A DNA stretch of 64,000 bases from assembly GCF_009914755.1 (NCBI RefSeq), contig NC_060928.1. One strand, written 5' to 3'. Positions 12,483-27,783 of this stretch are shown here, piece after piece (positions within the stretch are counted from its first letter, which is position 1; each line of letters starts with the position of its first letter). This DNA comes from the human T2T-CHM13v2.0 reference genome, Homo sapiens. The translations under genes and the position numbers were made by a program. Under the pieces are notes generated by a model that did not search any database, had not been told where the DNA came from, and saw only the letters and a program-made list of their open reading frames with translations.

Positions 12483-12829
12483 TGATATGGTTTGGCCGTG
12501 TTCCCACCCAAATCTCACCTTGAATTGTAATAATCCCCATGTATCAAGGGCAGGGCCAGGTAGAGATAACTGAATCATGGGGGCAGTTTCCCCCATACTG
12601 TTCTTGTGGTAGTCAGTAAGTCTCATGAGATCTGATGGTTCTATAAAGGCAAAAGCTCTCTTGCCTGCTGCCATGGAAGATGTGCCTTTGCTCTTCCTTT
12701 GCCTTCTGCCATGATTGTGAAGCCCCCACCTCAGCCATGTGGAACTGTGAGTCTATCAAACCTCTTTCCTTTATAAATTACCCAGTCTCAGGTAAGTCTT
12801 TATTAGCAGCATGAGAACAGACTAAAACA
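12483..12829 (+). mobile_element. THE1 (ERVL-MaLR) solo LTR
   Basis: tgatatggtttggc..cccacccaaatctca..ataaattacccagtctc..actaaaaca; perfect 5-bp TSD TGAAT at 12478-12482 and 12830-12834. Confidence 0.95.
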
Positions 12830-13741
12830 TGAATAGAGTACATTTAATCACACCCTTATCGTTAAATATTTAGGTTATTTTGAATTATTTTCAAAGTGTT
12901 ATGTAAAATTATGTGATGAAGTTTTTCTCACATAAATCTTGGACAATATCACTTGACGAAAAAGTCTTAGGCTTCTTAAACTGAAAAATCACATTTTAAG
13001 ACTATTGCAAGATTTCCCAATTTATTTTTTAAAACCATTCGTTTCTAAAGTTGCAACACAATTTGAAACAGAAAAAAAAATGTGCTGTCACTATATGGAC
13101 TTCCTAAAATCTTTGATAATTATTCTTTAAAATTGGATCTATCATAGAATAACCACAATTATACAATAATTTGTCATCAAAATAAAATATCTAGATTAGT
13201 TTGCTAGGCAGTTTAGTGTCTGGAGAAGCTAAGCAAAATATTGTAAGATTTAGTTTGAGCCATAATTTTTTTAAAAGAACAAAAGGATGTTTGCTTGGAT
13301 CAAAAAAAAAATCTGTGGAAGATTTAGTAGAGGCCCTTAACTACAAAGATGCCCACGAGCAGCTCTGCAGTGCTAATGAGAAGGGAGACAGAGATAGGTA
13401 TAGGAGAGAGGAGGGAAGAATAGATTTGGGTTGAATTTAGAGATTCTTTTTATTATGTGAGCACATTAGAATTTTACACAAAAGAAGGAGGAAAATTATA
13501 CTTTTTACATAAGGATTTAAATTTAAGGTATAGAACTCTAACATTTCAGGCAACGGTTGGTGGAAATATTTTGGAATATTGTGTAGGTCTTCTTATCACT
13601 CAAACTCCTTCCATATTCTTGATATTTTAACTGACAGTCATTATCAATAACTGTGAATCTTCCTTTTCTATTAATGTAAGTAGTATGCACACATACATAC
13701 ATACAGAAAAGGAAGAGAGACAGAATATAACATAGATTTTG

Positions 13742-14062
<321 letters not shown>

Positions 14063-14663
14063 CTAAAATGAATATGCATTATAGGTTATCAAAAGTATCT
14101 CCTATCTAAACTCTAAAATACAAAATTAAGCTATGTTTTTATGGAATGGATGGTGTTAATGATTGTTATAGTTAGAATTCTTTAGCAGTTCTTTTGCTAA
14201 ATACTAATGTTGGCCCAACTGTTCCACAATTTAGAATAGAATTATGGATTCCATAGTAGCATCCACAACAAAAACTCAAGGAACCTCACTTCCACCAAAA
14301 AAAAAAAAAAGAAAATGAAAACAGATCAAAGCTCCTTAATGAAGGAAAGGGGAGGGACTGTAGAGAATGAGGAAGATCTTTTGTGGTTCCTAAGCTCCTC
14401 AGTCCAACTCTTGTGTCATCGCAGGACATAAAAACTACCAATTGCCCACCCAGATTTTATAAAAAGTAATGCTTGATGGGGACTGAGCCTGCACTAGAGT
14501 CCATTTGTCCTAACTTACTTACTAATACTATTTTTATTCCATCAGGTTAACTTTGAGTCACAGTACACTGGTCATTTGCAGATTCTACTACATCATTCAG
14601 AATGATTCAAGGATTTAAGGATTGAATCATTCAAGGATTATCAGTGACCACTTAGAAGCCATA

Positions 14664-14689
14664 AGATAAGAGATAGATAAATGACAGAT

Positions 14690-14738
<49 letters not shown>

Positions 14739-14750
14739 TGATAAATAGAT
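14664..14750 (+). repeat. Compound (TAGA)n tetranucleotide STR; pure (TAGA)11 at 14691-14734
   Basis: Counted directly. Confidence 0.97.
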
Positions 14751-15825
14751 GCTTTTACAAAATACAAACTTCAATTAAACTTCTAAATTGCAAAAAAAAA
14801 AAAAAATTCACTTGCCGAATACCACTCAATCAAAGTTTTTTGAGAAGTAAAATATATGACTGTGGTTTTTAGAAGAAAAGTAAAAATGATGATGTATCAC
14901 AAACATCAGATAAAGGAATGGAATCCCTGCTGTTTCCATCAGTTGTCTGTCTCCTAAAGAAACAATATTATCCAAGTACCTTGCACACTGCTGGTTCACA
15001 AGGGTGGAAGCCTGGAGAACCTTTTATCTTGGAATTAACAAATAACAAAACTACAGTCTTTCTTATTTTTAAAATATAGCCTCAAATTCATGATAAAACT
15101 CCTTGATTCATTTCACTCATTTATTTGAAATTAAAAACAGATACAACATACAAAAGCATTGTATATTTTCAGTCAAATTTTGCAGGCTTTGGGAGATTGC
15201 ACTATGACTTTTATTTAAATTAATTTGTGTTGACTTTAGAAATATCTATTCTTACAAGGCATCTTTTAACTTCTACTAATTTTTCTGTGGCATATTCTTC
15301 CTGTGCCTTGAATTCAACATATTCATTATATTTTCCTCAGTATCCTTATTTAATGAGTTTAAACCACTTAGGGATATTACTTCAAAGTATTAAATGATGA
15401 GAGATACAGCATATAGAAGTCTCCCTTCATTTGGTACCAACGTGAAAGCAAAAGGATTTATAATTTAGATTCTCTAAGCATTTTTTTAGCTGTCAATGAT
15501 TATTAAGCCTTATACTCATCAATAAAACCAAAGAGGTAGTAATCAATGATAGTGAGCACCAGAATTCTGGTAGCTTAGCAATGCAAGCGCTTCAGAAGTA
15601 AGTTATTATAGCCAACTAATTCCAAAGTTTACAAAGTTGTTGTAAAGAAAATTGGCACTTGAAGTGGACTACAGTGAAAACAATCACAGAAGTTCATGGT
15701 TTACCAAAAGTTCTAGTAGGTTTTAGTTGTTGAACCTTAAATATGCAATTAAAAAAATAATCATAGAACAACACTACTTGAATAACTGGTGATTTGTCCA
15801 TTGCAAGCATAAGAAATAAGATGGG

Positions 15826-16117
15826 GGCTGGGCGCTGTGGCTCACGCCTGTAATCCCAGCATTTTAGGAGGCTGAGGCGGGCAGATCATTTGAGGTCAGG
15901 AGTTTGAGACCAGCCTGACCATTATGGTGAAACCTCATCTCTACCAAAAATACAAAAAATTAGTGGGGCATGGTGATGTACACCTGCAATCCCAGCTACT
16001 TAGGAGGCTGAGGCAGGAGAATCGCTTGAACCCAGAAGGCCAAAGTTGCAGTGAGCCAAGATCGCGTCACTGCACACTACAGCCCGGCAACAGCGTGTGA
16101 CTAAAAAAAAAAAAAGA
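15826..16117 (+). mobile_element. AluS (Sx/Sz-like)
   Basis: Full dimer with A tail; TSD aagaaa..agatg. Confidence 0.95.
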
Positions 16118-16889
16118 AAGCAGATGTGTCTACAGTTGGCAGAAGAGTTTGTTTTATACAGATTATAAAAGATTATGAGATTTATGATTATAAAGAAATT
16201 AATGCCTCTTTTAGGACAAAGACATTGTTGTATACCTCCTCTAGGAACTAAAATATAAGATTGACTTCTCTGTTTCCAAGTGTTTTGCATTAAAGCAAAT
16301 AAAGCAGGTAAGGGTGAAATAATACACCCTTATCTGGATATAATGTGATATACAACTGACCAACATTAATTTTAGAATTATATTTTACAAGTTTTTTGAA
16401 AGATTACATTGATCTTTTTTAAGATATTGCTAGAAGGCAAGACTTTGTTTTACCTGCATTTTATCTGATGTTCTTTTCTTAGCAAAGATCCTGGAGAGGT
16501 TCTAGTTTCATCTTTTTTCCCATTATTAATTGGCCCTGTAACTAAGTAAAAAATTATGAATAATAATAAATTGATAGTGCTTCCATTGATTAAGCATCTG
16601 GTGTATGCCAGGCCTTGGCAAACCTTTGCCCTCTGAAATACCTAATGCACAGTCTGTGGGCTACTCTTCAGATAACAGAGAAAAAAATAAAGCTACATTT
16701 TCCTGGGTCTTGAGGTTTTGCAAGCATTTTCTACATTGGAATAGAAAATTCGTGTTCCTGTTTCTCTACTTCACTGGTCCTTCTCTTAACAATCTATTTT
16801 TTAGTTAATAAAATTAAAATTCAGAAATTAATGTACTATGGTACTGCCCAGGCTTTAAAGTTTAACCCAACTGGGTTATAGGATTTGGT

Positions 16890-17045
16890 AACAGCCCTGA
16901 GAGTTAAGACAGGTGATATTTTTTCCATTTTACTGGTGAGGAAACTGAGGCTTAGAGGGATTATAATATTTACATAAAGTCATGCAATAAGGAAACATTA
17001 AAATCAGAACTTGAACTCCTCTGTCTCAACTTCCAGTCTCTATTC
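16890..17045 (-). mobile_element. MIR
   Basis: 'ccattttactggtgaggaaactgaggcttagag'. Confidence 0.8.
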
Positions 17046-17299
17046 CTATACAAAGTAGAAACATCAATTGAATGCAAGATCATCTTTCAAAATTATGCAA
17101 ACTCCATGCAAATGAGGACATCCACGAACTAATTAGGAAATATCAAGTAACCTGACACATAAAATATGAGAAACATTCCATAAATATTAATTCTGGTGAT
17201 CTTTCCTACATAAACAATTGAATGTGGTCTACCTTTTCAAATGGAAAGTAAATGTTGAGATGTTACGTCCCATGTGTTTTTTTCTGTTTATCTTGTCAT

Positions 17300-18070
17300 T
17301 GTGATTTATATAATTTTTGATAAATCATAAAAATAGAAAAAGGTACAGAGAATAATTAGCACAAAAGCATATGTTCTACCATGCTAAATTAATAATTGTA
17401 AGCATTCTGCCGAAGTTCTATAGTGGTGTTTTGGGATTAGCAAATAAACATTACACAGAAAGTTGAAGCATTGTTTTCCTCCATCCTAAACACAACCCCA
17501 CTGCAGTTTTTTCCCTCTCTCTCAAGAGGTAACCAGTATCATAAAGATGGCATACACTTCTAGTCCATCTTTATGTGCACACAACCACCTATGTACACAT
17601 AAACATCTATATATTCATGAAAAGTATAGAGTATTGTATACATGTTTTAATTTTAAATAAAAGACATTTCACTGAACTTAATATTATACAATTTTTTGTA
17701 TAGTAATTTTCATTCAGGCCAGGTGCGGTGGCTCATGCCCATAATCCCAGCATTTTGAGAGGCCAAGGCAGGTGGATCACCTGAGGTCAGGAGTTGGAGA
17801 CTAGCCTGGCCAACATGGCAAAACCCTGCCTCTACTAAAAACACAAAAAATTACCCAGGCATGGTGGCGAGCACCTGTAATCCCAGCTACTTGGGAGGCT
17901 GAGGCAGGAGAATTGCTTGAACCCAGGAGGCACAGGTTTCAGTGATCAGAGATCACGCCCCTGCACTCCAGCCTGGGTGACAGAGTGAGACTGTGTCTCT
18001 AAAAACAAAAGAAAGGATTTCATTCAATATCATAATTGAGATATATCCCCATCAGTATATCTAAATTTGT
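17300..18070 (-). mobile_element. Degraded L1ME 3' end, interrupted by an Alu
   Basis: 'aaaatagaaaaaggtacagagaataa', 'gaggtaaccagtatcat', 'gagatatatccccat'. Confidence 0.5.
17717..18013 (+). mobile_element. AluS (Sx-like)
   Basis: Full dimer; TSD tttcattca. Confidence 0.95.
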
Positions 18071-18077
18071 TGCTGAA

Positions 18078-18403
18078 GTAGCTCCTCTTTATCTCACTTT
18101 TTGTGGTTTAAAGATATTAAATGGGATATTCCAGAAATAAACAATTCATAAGTTTTAAATTGCACACCACTCTGAGTAGCATGACAAAATTTCACTTTGT
18201 CCTACCCAGGACATGAATCATCCCTTGGTCCAGCATATCCATGATGTAAACACTACCCATCTATTAGTCACGTAGCAGCCCTCTGAGTTATCAGATCATA
18301 GTATATATAAGGCTCAGAACTATTTGCAGTTTCAGGCATCCACTGGGATCTTGGAATGCATTCCCATGCGAGGACAATAAAAGTCCCAAGGGGGGACTAT
18401 TGT
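18078..18403 (+). mobile_element. MER44A (TcMar-Tigger MITE)
   Basis: 'ttccagaaataaacaattcataagttttaaattgc..gaatcatccctt..tttcaggcatccactggg..gggggactattg|ta'. Confidence 0.85.
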
Positions 18404-18719
18404 AGTACAATACATTTTATCAGTCCACTCCCTTACTAATAGATATTTAGGCTTTTCCTGATTCTTCTCTATTAGAAATATAACCAGTTAGTCTAGGAGG
18501 TTCAACTTATTGCAGTAAAATTAGGTGTCACTGGTGTAGCTCTGAGCCTTCATCTGCTTCCTCTATTTACTTTCTTGCCCACAACCACAAGAAGAGGAAG
18601 AGGGCATTGTATGAAAGCAGAGTGTCCCTGAACTCACCCACTTACCAAGCCCCTAGCCTAGATTCACTCAGAAATTGCATCTGTGCAGGTAATAGGGGAG
18701 ATGAATTAGAAATTACCAA

Positions 18720-18860
18720 TGTTCACTATTAGCCAATTCTCCTTTGGGTGCATGGTGGATGAAATTCTCTGCCCTTTTCAAGGTAGGTGTGACCATGTTC
18801 ATATTCTGGCCAGTGAGATGGAAGCAGTCAAATTCTACAAACTGGAACAGGCATCACACC
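18720..18860. mobile_element. Old ERVL LTR fragment (LTR16/LTR33-like)
   Basis: 'gtaggtgtgaccatg..ttctggccagtgagatggaagcag'. Confidence 0.45.
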
Positions 18861-19263
18861 GATCACTCTGGCTTATTACCAGTCAGATCCATGTGAAGAG
18901 TTTTATTTCTTCAGGCCTAGTGGTCCCTTGCAGGATGCAATCATATATGTCATACCACTGATCTTTAGTTGAAAATGCCTCTTGTCACTTGGGTAAGACT
19001 GTAGTCAACAATTTCATCCACCCTTTAGGGTCTCCTCCCATAGGCAGGGGGTGTGTGCAGAATCTCCTCCACCTGACTGTGTCCTCACTCTGCCATCTCT
19101 TCCTGTAGCACTAACCATGAACATTATGCTGTCTCCCATGCCAGTATCCCATACTCTCAGGTACACAGGAACTAGGGAAATGACTTTCTTAGGATATTAC
19201 ACAGAGAAGGAATAGTTTTTCCTCATAAATCCTGCACCTGCACTCTTTGAAATATTTATAGTC

Positions 19264-19567
<304 letters not shown>

Positions 19568-20909
19568 ACCACACCTCTTCTTATGTCAACTTGGATTGTG
19601 ATGAGAGAATGGGGCCAGTCAACCACCCAGTGAACTCTGTAGGTAGGCTGAACCCGATTACTTTGGTTTCTCAGAACCTCTGATGTGGGCCAGTTCCTCC
19701 TTGTGGGTCTCAGCTTTAGGATCACCCTGTTATGTACAGGAGGCTGCTACAAAAGGCCTTGAAAATATTTCCTTGTAGAAATGTGCACTGAACATACCTA
19801 GAAGTAAAAGTCTTGGGTTGGAGGTTTAGTTAATGGTCATAATTAGTACAACTATTCCTGAAATTTTTAAAAAATAGACCTACTCTGAAACAAGTCCCCC
19901 TGGCTCCTTTGCTCTCACCTTCCCACCTTACCCTGAGATGCTTGCTCTGCTGTGATGACCTCTTTTCTGCTAAGCAGAGTTGTTTTTCACTCTTAAGAAC
20001 ATTGATGCCCTGCTTCTCTACAACTGCCCCAGAAATAACATGCCCTGGCCTGCGACTTCCTAGCCACCTCCACTGTCAATAAATGAAGCAGAGGGTCAAG
20101 GACACTGGTCCCTGCTGACCTGTGCCCTTCAGCCAGCTGCACTCACACTGGAGAGTGTGAGTTCTGTCTTCTAGGAGGACCCTGATCCCTCGCCCCACCG
20201 ACTACCCCCCACAATGTGGGTCCTGACCAGCAGGGGATAGGAGGACCTCTCATGCCTCGCTAGGGCCTTTCGTGATTGGTGGTGTTGGAGGAGCCCACAG
20301 AAATGAGAAAATTGACAAAGTAACCCGAACGGTTGCCTAAATGCAGTGACCAACATAAGGAGCCAATGGATTAAAAGGATAGGAAAGATGAGAGTAAGAA
20401 AAAGAGGCTCGATGAAGAGAGAATAGAAACAGGGAGTCAATTCCTGATTAGGCAACTTTGGAGTGAACAAGTTCTGAACAAGGAAAAATCTAGGGAGAGA
20501 ATAAATGGGGCCTGCCTAGAGAAACTAAGAATAGGCCAAATTATACAATGATGTTGTCCCTTCTATAGCCTGTTCCCATAAATACTTGCCTTTCAGGAAA
20601 AAAAAATTAGGTGGTACAAGTTGCAGAATTTACACCTAGACCTCTTTTAAATCTGAGAAATTATTCTACCACTGTTGGTTCTGAATAAAGAAAACTTTAT
20701 GGAGGATGTATACTACTGTGTGTGCTTCACTGGCAAACCTAGGAGGAAATATTTATTATAAAACACACTTTAGGGACCAATTTAAAGTAATCAGTATTAT
20801 ATTAAAAATCTAGGATCAGAGTCCAGAAAACTATAGATTGAGTATGATTTGGGATAAGCTACTAGAGAAGACATTTCTTTTTTCAATGTTTATTTGATGT
20901 CTATATGTT

Positions 20910-21094
20910 TGATATAGTTTGGTTCTGTGTCCCCACCCAAATCTCATGTGGATTTGTGATCCCCATGTGTTGAAGGAGGAGTCTCATGGGAGGTAACTGG
21001 ATTATGGGGATGGATTTTCCCCATGCTATTCTAGTGATAGTGAATGAGTTCTCATGAGATCTGATGGTTTAAAAGTGTGAGAGCTTCGCCCTTG

Positions 21095-21141
<47 letters not shown>

Positions 21142-21327
21142 CTGCTCCACTATGGTAAAACGTACTTGCTTCCCCTTTACCTTCTGCCATGATTGTAAGT
21201 TTCCTGAGGCCTCCTAGTCATGCTTCCTGTTAAGCCTGTAGAACTGTGAGTAAATTAAACCTCTTTTCTTCATAAATTACCCAGTCTCTGGTAGTTCTTC
21301 ATAGCAGTGTGAAAACGAACTAATACA
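20910..21327 (+). mobile_element. THE1D/MSTA-type MaLR solo LTR with internal (CT)n
   Basis: tgata..gtccccacccaaatctcatg..actaataca; perfect TSD ATGTT at 20905-20909 and 21328-21332. Confidence 0.93.
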
Positions 21328-23279
21328 ATGTTCTTCCACTGTTCCCATTTCTCAGAAAACATGTTGGGATCTTCAACCTGATCAAACCAGCTAGTATACA
21401 GTGCAAAGTGACAAATCTTTAAATACAAGCCCTTGACACCAGGGACTGTAAACTGCGCCAGATCAAAGAATGGGTAAATGTTTACTGATCTTTTTACTTA
21501 TTTTCCAATTAAAAAAAATTCTTCTGTGCTCAAGTAATGTATCTAATTTTTAAAAATCTGCATACCATGTCAAAGGACAAAATTGGAGCACTCTTATTTT
21601 GTAGATTTTCATTTTTTTAATAGCCTGCAAAAGCGTACTTGAGCAGCAATGTTGCTTCTGCTCATTCAACTGCAGAGGTACAAGAGGGAAAAGTCAAATA
21701 CAGGGGGCTGACAGATTCAAATATTCACTTCTTGAGACACCGAATTATATAAATGTTCTTCCATTAATGAAACTGGCTGTATGCCATTTAATTTAGCCTT
21801 TATTCAGAAAGCTGCTAAATAAATGCTAGTGAAGGGGGATCAAAAAATAACTATTATACCAAAGAAAAATGACTGTGTCAAACTTAAAAAAAAAAAAAGG
21901 AGTAACATGAAACTACATGAGATTGCCCGTGGAAAATCCCCAGGCTCTGTCTTTACCTTTTCTAGTCTGTTTTCTCCATGTCTCTTTCCCCAAACCCCAT
22001 CATCAGCTCTCTTTTGAGTTTATTTAAATTATAGAATTTTCTTTAACATGATATTCTGATTTTATCTTGTGACATTAATCACAGTTATGCAGCTATATAG
22101 AAGCCTTGCACATTATAACATGTCCTGCTGATCATACCACAATTAACTCTTGAAGTAGAAAAAAAGCAAGGTTGAATAAAAATTACTCTTCAAATTATCC
22201 AAACAGCAGATTCACTCAAAAAAAAAAAAAAAACCCAGTGAAAGTAACATCGATTTATGCATTCCTCCAACTATTTGGAGGACTCAAAGATCAGAAAAAC
22301 AAGTTTTCCCAGTAAGGAAGATAAATATTTGTTTAAAAAACATTAGAAAAGCTTCACAATTTAAGACTTTCTCTTTACTTAAATAAAAAACTCTCAAGTC
22401 TGCCATATGATGGCTGCCAGTGACATCATTGCAGACAAAAAAAAAAATGAATTACCCTCATGGTTCACTTGAGTAGCATATACATCAGTCACCATTTACC
22501 GACACAGAGCACTGTCATCATACATCCAGATAGACACAGGAGCGGTACTAAGGGAGAAGAAAACAGTTATTACAGCTGAGTGTCTTACAGTCTAAAGACA
22601 GTCGAGAAGTACATATGCCATGAATTGAAAAAAAAAAACAAAACTGGAGAATCACAGCAAATGCACTGGTAAAATCTACTTATAAGTAATCAGAGAGAAC
22701 GTGAAGTAAGGAAAATAGAAAGTCCAGGACCTGCAATATTCAGCTATACCTGGCATTTTCTTTCATTAAAACATCCCAGTCTTAGATTTATTTTCTCACT
22801 CATGATCAAAAGAATACTTGATAATTTATTTTTCTACTTCTTTTTAACAGTTAGATGCCCTTAAGTCATAGAGTAAAATTGGAAGGAAAGAAACCAGTTT
22901 GAAAATCATTCCATTGTCATTTATCTTACAAATTCCAGTTTTTCTATTAAGCGTTCTTAAAACAGACAATTACAATGAACTAAGTAGACGAATAATTACC
23001 TTGTATAAACATCTTTCAAAAGCTTTCACAATCAGCATCTCAAATGCTTAGAGTAAAGGCATCGTATCTATGGAGCTTGTTTAACACTGAGCACAGGTAT
23101 TTGACAGATGCCTTTAATGAGAAGGGTGATCTCACCAGACTCCTAGAATCAGATAAATAGCAGTGCTTAAACAAGCGGCTTAGATTTTCTACAAAGCATA
23201 GTGTTTGTGAACTCTTTCATGTAGCCCTAGAATAAAAATGAAGACCTAAGAATCGTGATCAATACTTCAGCATTTTAAA

Positions 23280-23970
<691 letters not shown>

Positions 23971-26900
23971 TAATACATAGGTTACAAAGTAAAAGTAAAA
24001 AAACAAAAAACTCTGAAAGTGATCTTTTTGACGAATTACCAGTAAAATGAATAAATGCTCAATTGTTGAGTCAGAAAGTATGATGGTATCCTGTGTGTAT
24101 GTGCACCTGAAAGTAAAAAAAAATCAAAAGGTGAACATTGATTCTGTCTCAAAAATAGAATCACATGTGAGTTTCTTCTGCTATTTATCTCACTATTTAC
24201 AAATTATCTTATATGTACTCCTGTACATAAAAAAATTTAAAAAGTGAACTTAGAGATAGTTTGTCTTATATAGACTACTGAAGGTTAATTCCACAAGACC
24301 TGCATAGTTATCTTAAAATAAGTTTACTTGTGAAGAAGTGTTATTGGGGATTTTTAGGAAGAACTTTGTGAAGAGAGTGTTCAGTTTTCTTTCACCAAAG
24401 AACATATATTCGAGCAAAAGATGATACTTGGGAATAAGCTATCATTCTCTGGAACTAGCATAATAGCAATCCAGGAATTAATTATCCTCCTGGTTCCCTT
24501 GAGTACTGATTTGTGGAAACAGCAACTGAGTTTTCAACTGTATATCACAGAGTGGTCAACGGCACTTCAGGAGGATGTGCTAAGGAGGCAATTAAGACAA
24601 AAATGAAACCAGCAACACAGACAGAGAGAAATACATTTGTATTACATGGAGAATGCAGAAGGATCAACTGCAGTGACATAGAAAATTAAATGTCCCAAAA
24701 TATAAAATGAGAAGTAAAAATATTTCCAAAACTTGACCTTTTTATAAAAGTGATATATTAGAAAATTTAGTTTCATGTTTATATAGTTCTTTGGCATTTT
24801 AGAGGAAAATTACTATATGAATCCCAAACACCCTATAATCCATCTAAGTCCTTGTTTGGTAAATATCTCATGGAATTGACTGCTTATTCATCTGAAGTGA
24901 GTAAACACTTATGGAGAACACAGAGCTGGATATTCTGCCCTAATTCATTTATTATTAAATAATTGTCCATACTCTGAGTAGTCATTTGTTCATTAATTGT
25001 CCAAAAATTAGCTCACCACTGTAAAATCTGATTACATGAAATTACAGTAGCACCAGAAAATAGATGGGTGATAAAAATCTGTGTATTTCTTATGCAGCTT
25101 TTGAGTGGGTTAGATGTTGACAGTTTTGTGTTGATACTTGCCTGCTAAATCTATTTCCTCTTCAGTCGTCTCCCACACAGCTCAGATGAGAACATAGAGT
25201 GTTTCTAGATATCTCTTCATACTCATCCAAAATACATCAAGCAAAGGGTGAGGGTAATTTTCAGACAAAACTTTCCCAAAAAATCACACGTTTGCTGAAA
25301 AGAAAAAAAAAAGCATATAAAATAACCATATTTTTTAAAAAAAGAAAAGACACCATATTTCAAGGCCATATTTCAGAGCTGTGGTTCAATAATGATATTA
25401 GAGAAAGAAAAAAGGAAAACCATTCAGGGGGATAAATTTCTCTAAGACTGGACTACCTACAAGCAGCATTCAAATATAACATGATAGCAGAAATGAAGAG
25501 AATGAAGAAACAGGAGAGCTCATTAAAGAGTCGGGCAAATGGAATGGTTTCTCTTCCAATTCCTCTGTTGCCTCTCTCTTCTACACCTCTATTCCATGTA
25601 CAACTGATTAAACGATTCTTCAGCTTGAGTACATTCTTTCGGTCCCTAAACTTACTTTGTACAGTGTTGTAAGGGAATTTTTAGGTTTTAGGCAAAAAGA
25701 AAGTACTCATTCCCAGGTGAAATTTTTGGATATTTAATAGACAATCCTCCTGCCCTGAAAACAGTATTTCACTTATTTGAAGTATTTTATGCATTCCGAG
25801 TCTATGTTGCAAAAAGTCTTTTTCCCTTTTGTGGCTCCTTGAAAAAGTCTATGCTTTACATTAAATTTGCTTAACAAGTGTGGCTCTCTGTGGATGCGTT
25901 CAATGTCTCTAACATAATGAGGGAAGAAGAACCTGAACTAAATAGTACTAAGAATAGTTACTTAAATGTCCAAGTAAGGCAACATGCCTTAAAGATCCAA
26001 CTTTAATTAAAAAGGACTATGGAGAACCATCATTAAATAATTGTCTAGATACATAAAAGCAGCCAAAGCAGGAAAACCTTCACCTGTCCTTCCAAATTCT
26101 AAGGTTGTAAAGTCTCAAAAGAAGTTTCTTTTAGTGCAATTGTTGCTGGTCTAGAGTAACAATTTTTCTGTCAAGGAAAGGATAAATGCTTTTCATCCAA
26201 GGATCAGGTTACAGCTCACAGACCCCAGTAGGAAGAGAATAGTGCCAACGAATTACTGCAGGAGTCAACCTGCATTTTCAAAGTCCATAAATAATGCAAC
26301 AAGAGAACATATTTGGAGAAGGAATTTATTGGCCATGCCTTCATCCATATGCATTGGTAGAAGCACCATTCTGACTATTTTGCTGGTGGGGCATTTGTAT
26401 TCTACTCAATGATTTACATACTGATGAGGCTATGAGAACCCAGAACGATGTTCCTAGGCATTGCTTTTTCAGCACTATGCAATTTGCATCTAAGTTCTTG
26501 AAAAACAGTTAATAAATAAGAGCTAAAGAATATTGCATGAGAATGGGAGCCAGTGAAACCTGTCCACAAAGGATTAAACTGGGCTGTCTTTCAACGTATT
26601 ATTTGTGTCAGATCAGAAACAACCAAAATGATGCAATTTATCTGTTGAAATGAGAATACAGTGGTAAGAACACTTATCAGAAAACTCAATATAACCTGAT
26701 AGAAAAATGAATGAAAATATATCACAGAGGCCAGATGTTTTCACAGAACAGCTCCCATGGATGTACCAATGTATACAATGAAGAAGTGTAAAATGCAAGC
26801 CTTGAAGAAATAAAATCCATGCCCACAACATTCAGAACTTTACTGTATTGCATGCAGCATTTCAAATGTCCAAGCTGTGCGACTCCCCACTCCTCCACAT

Positions 26901-27073
26901 AGCCTTGCACATCAACTACCTATGGCCACGTCACCTTTTTTTCCCTTAACTAGTGGAAAATCTAGTATTTTGAAATTCTTGCTATATTATTTAAGGTAGT
27001 TTAAAATTCTAGTAAAACTAGAAATGTATAACATTCCCGTGAAGAAGAAAATAATTCTAGGGTTGTTTTTTGA

Positions 27074-27400
<327 letters not shown>

Positions 27401-27783
27401 GAGAACTCATTATTTTAACAGACTGCAAAGAGGTATAAAGAAGGCTAGGTATTATTCTCACGTTGCACACATACCCGCCACCAAGGCATTTTTCTCTCTT
27501 TCTTTCTGAGTGATAGATGCTAAATGTTGAGAAAGGATAATTCCCTTTTAGAGTTAAAAGGCTGAAGTCTATCCTATTTTATTGATTTATTCAATAAATA
27601 TTGAATGCTTAATATGTATGGAACTCAGTGCTACCCTTGGAGGTATATAAACATGAAAGAGACATGGACCCTTGTTCTCCAGGAACTTACAATCAACAGG
27701 AGAGAGAAGAGGCAGACAAATTACAATTAGGTAAACTAGAATGGAATACATAGAGTAGGTAAAGTACAAATCAAGAGCCACAG

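Noticed and set aside
14691-14734. Identification as a named forensic STR
   Set aside because: The flanks do not match any core forensic locus I can recall; left unnamed
26415-26460. CTGATGAG as a hammerhead ribozyme core or snoRNA C box
   Set aside because: No stem II followed by GAAA, and no convincing terminal stem with a D box
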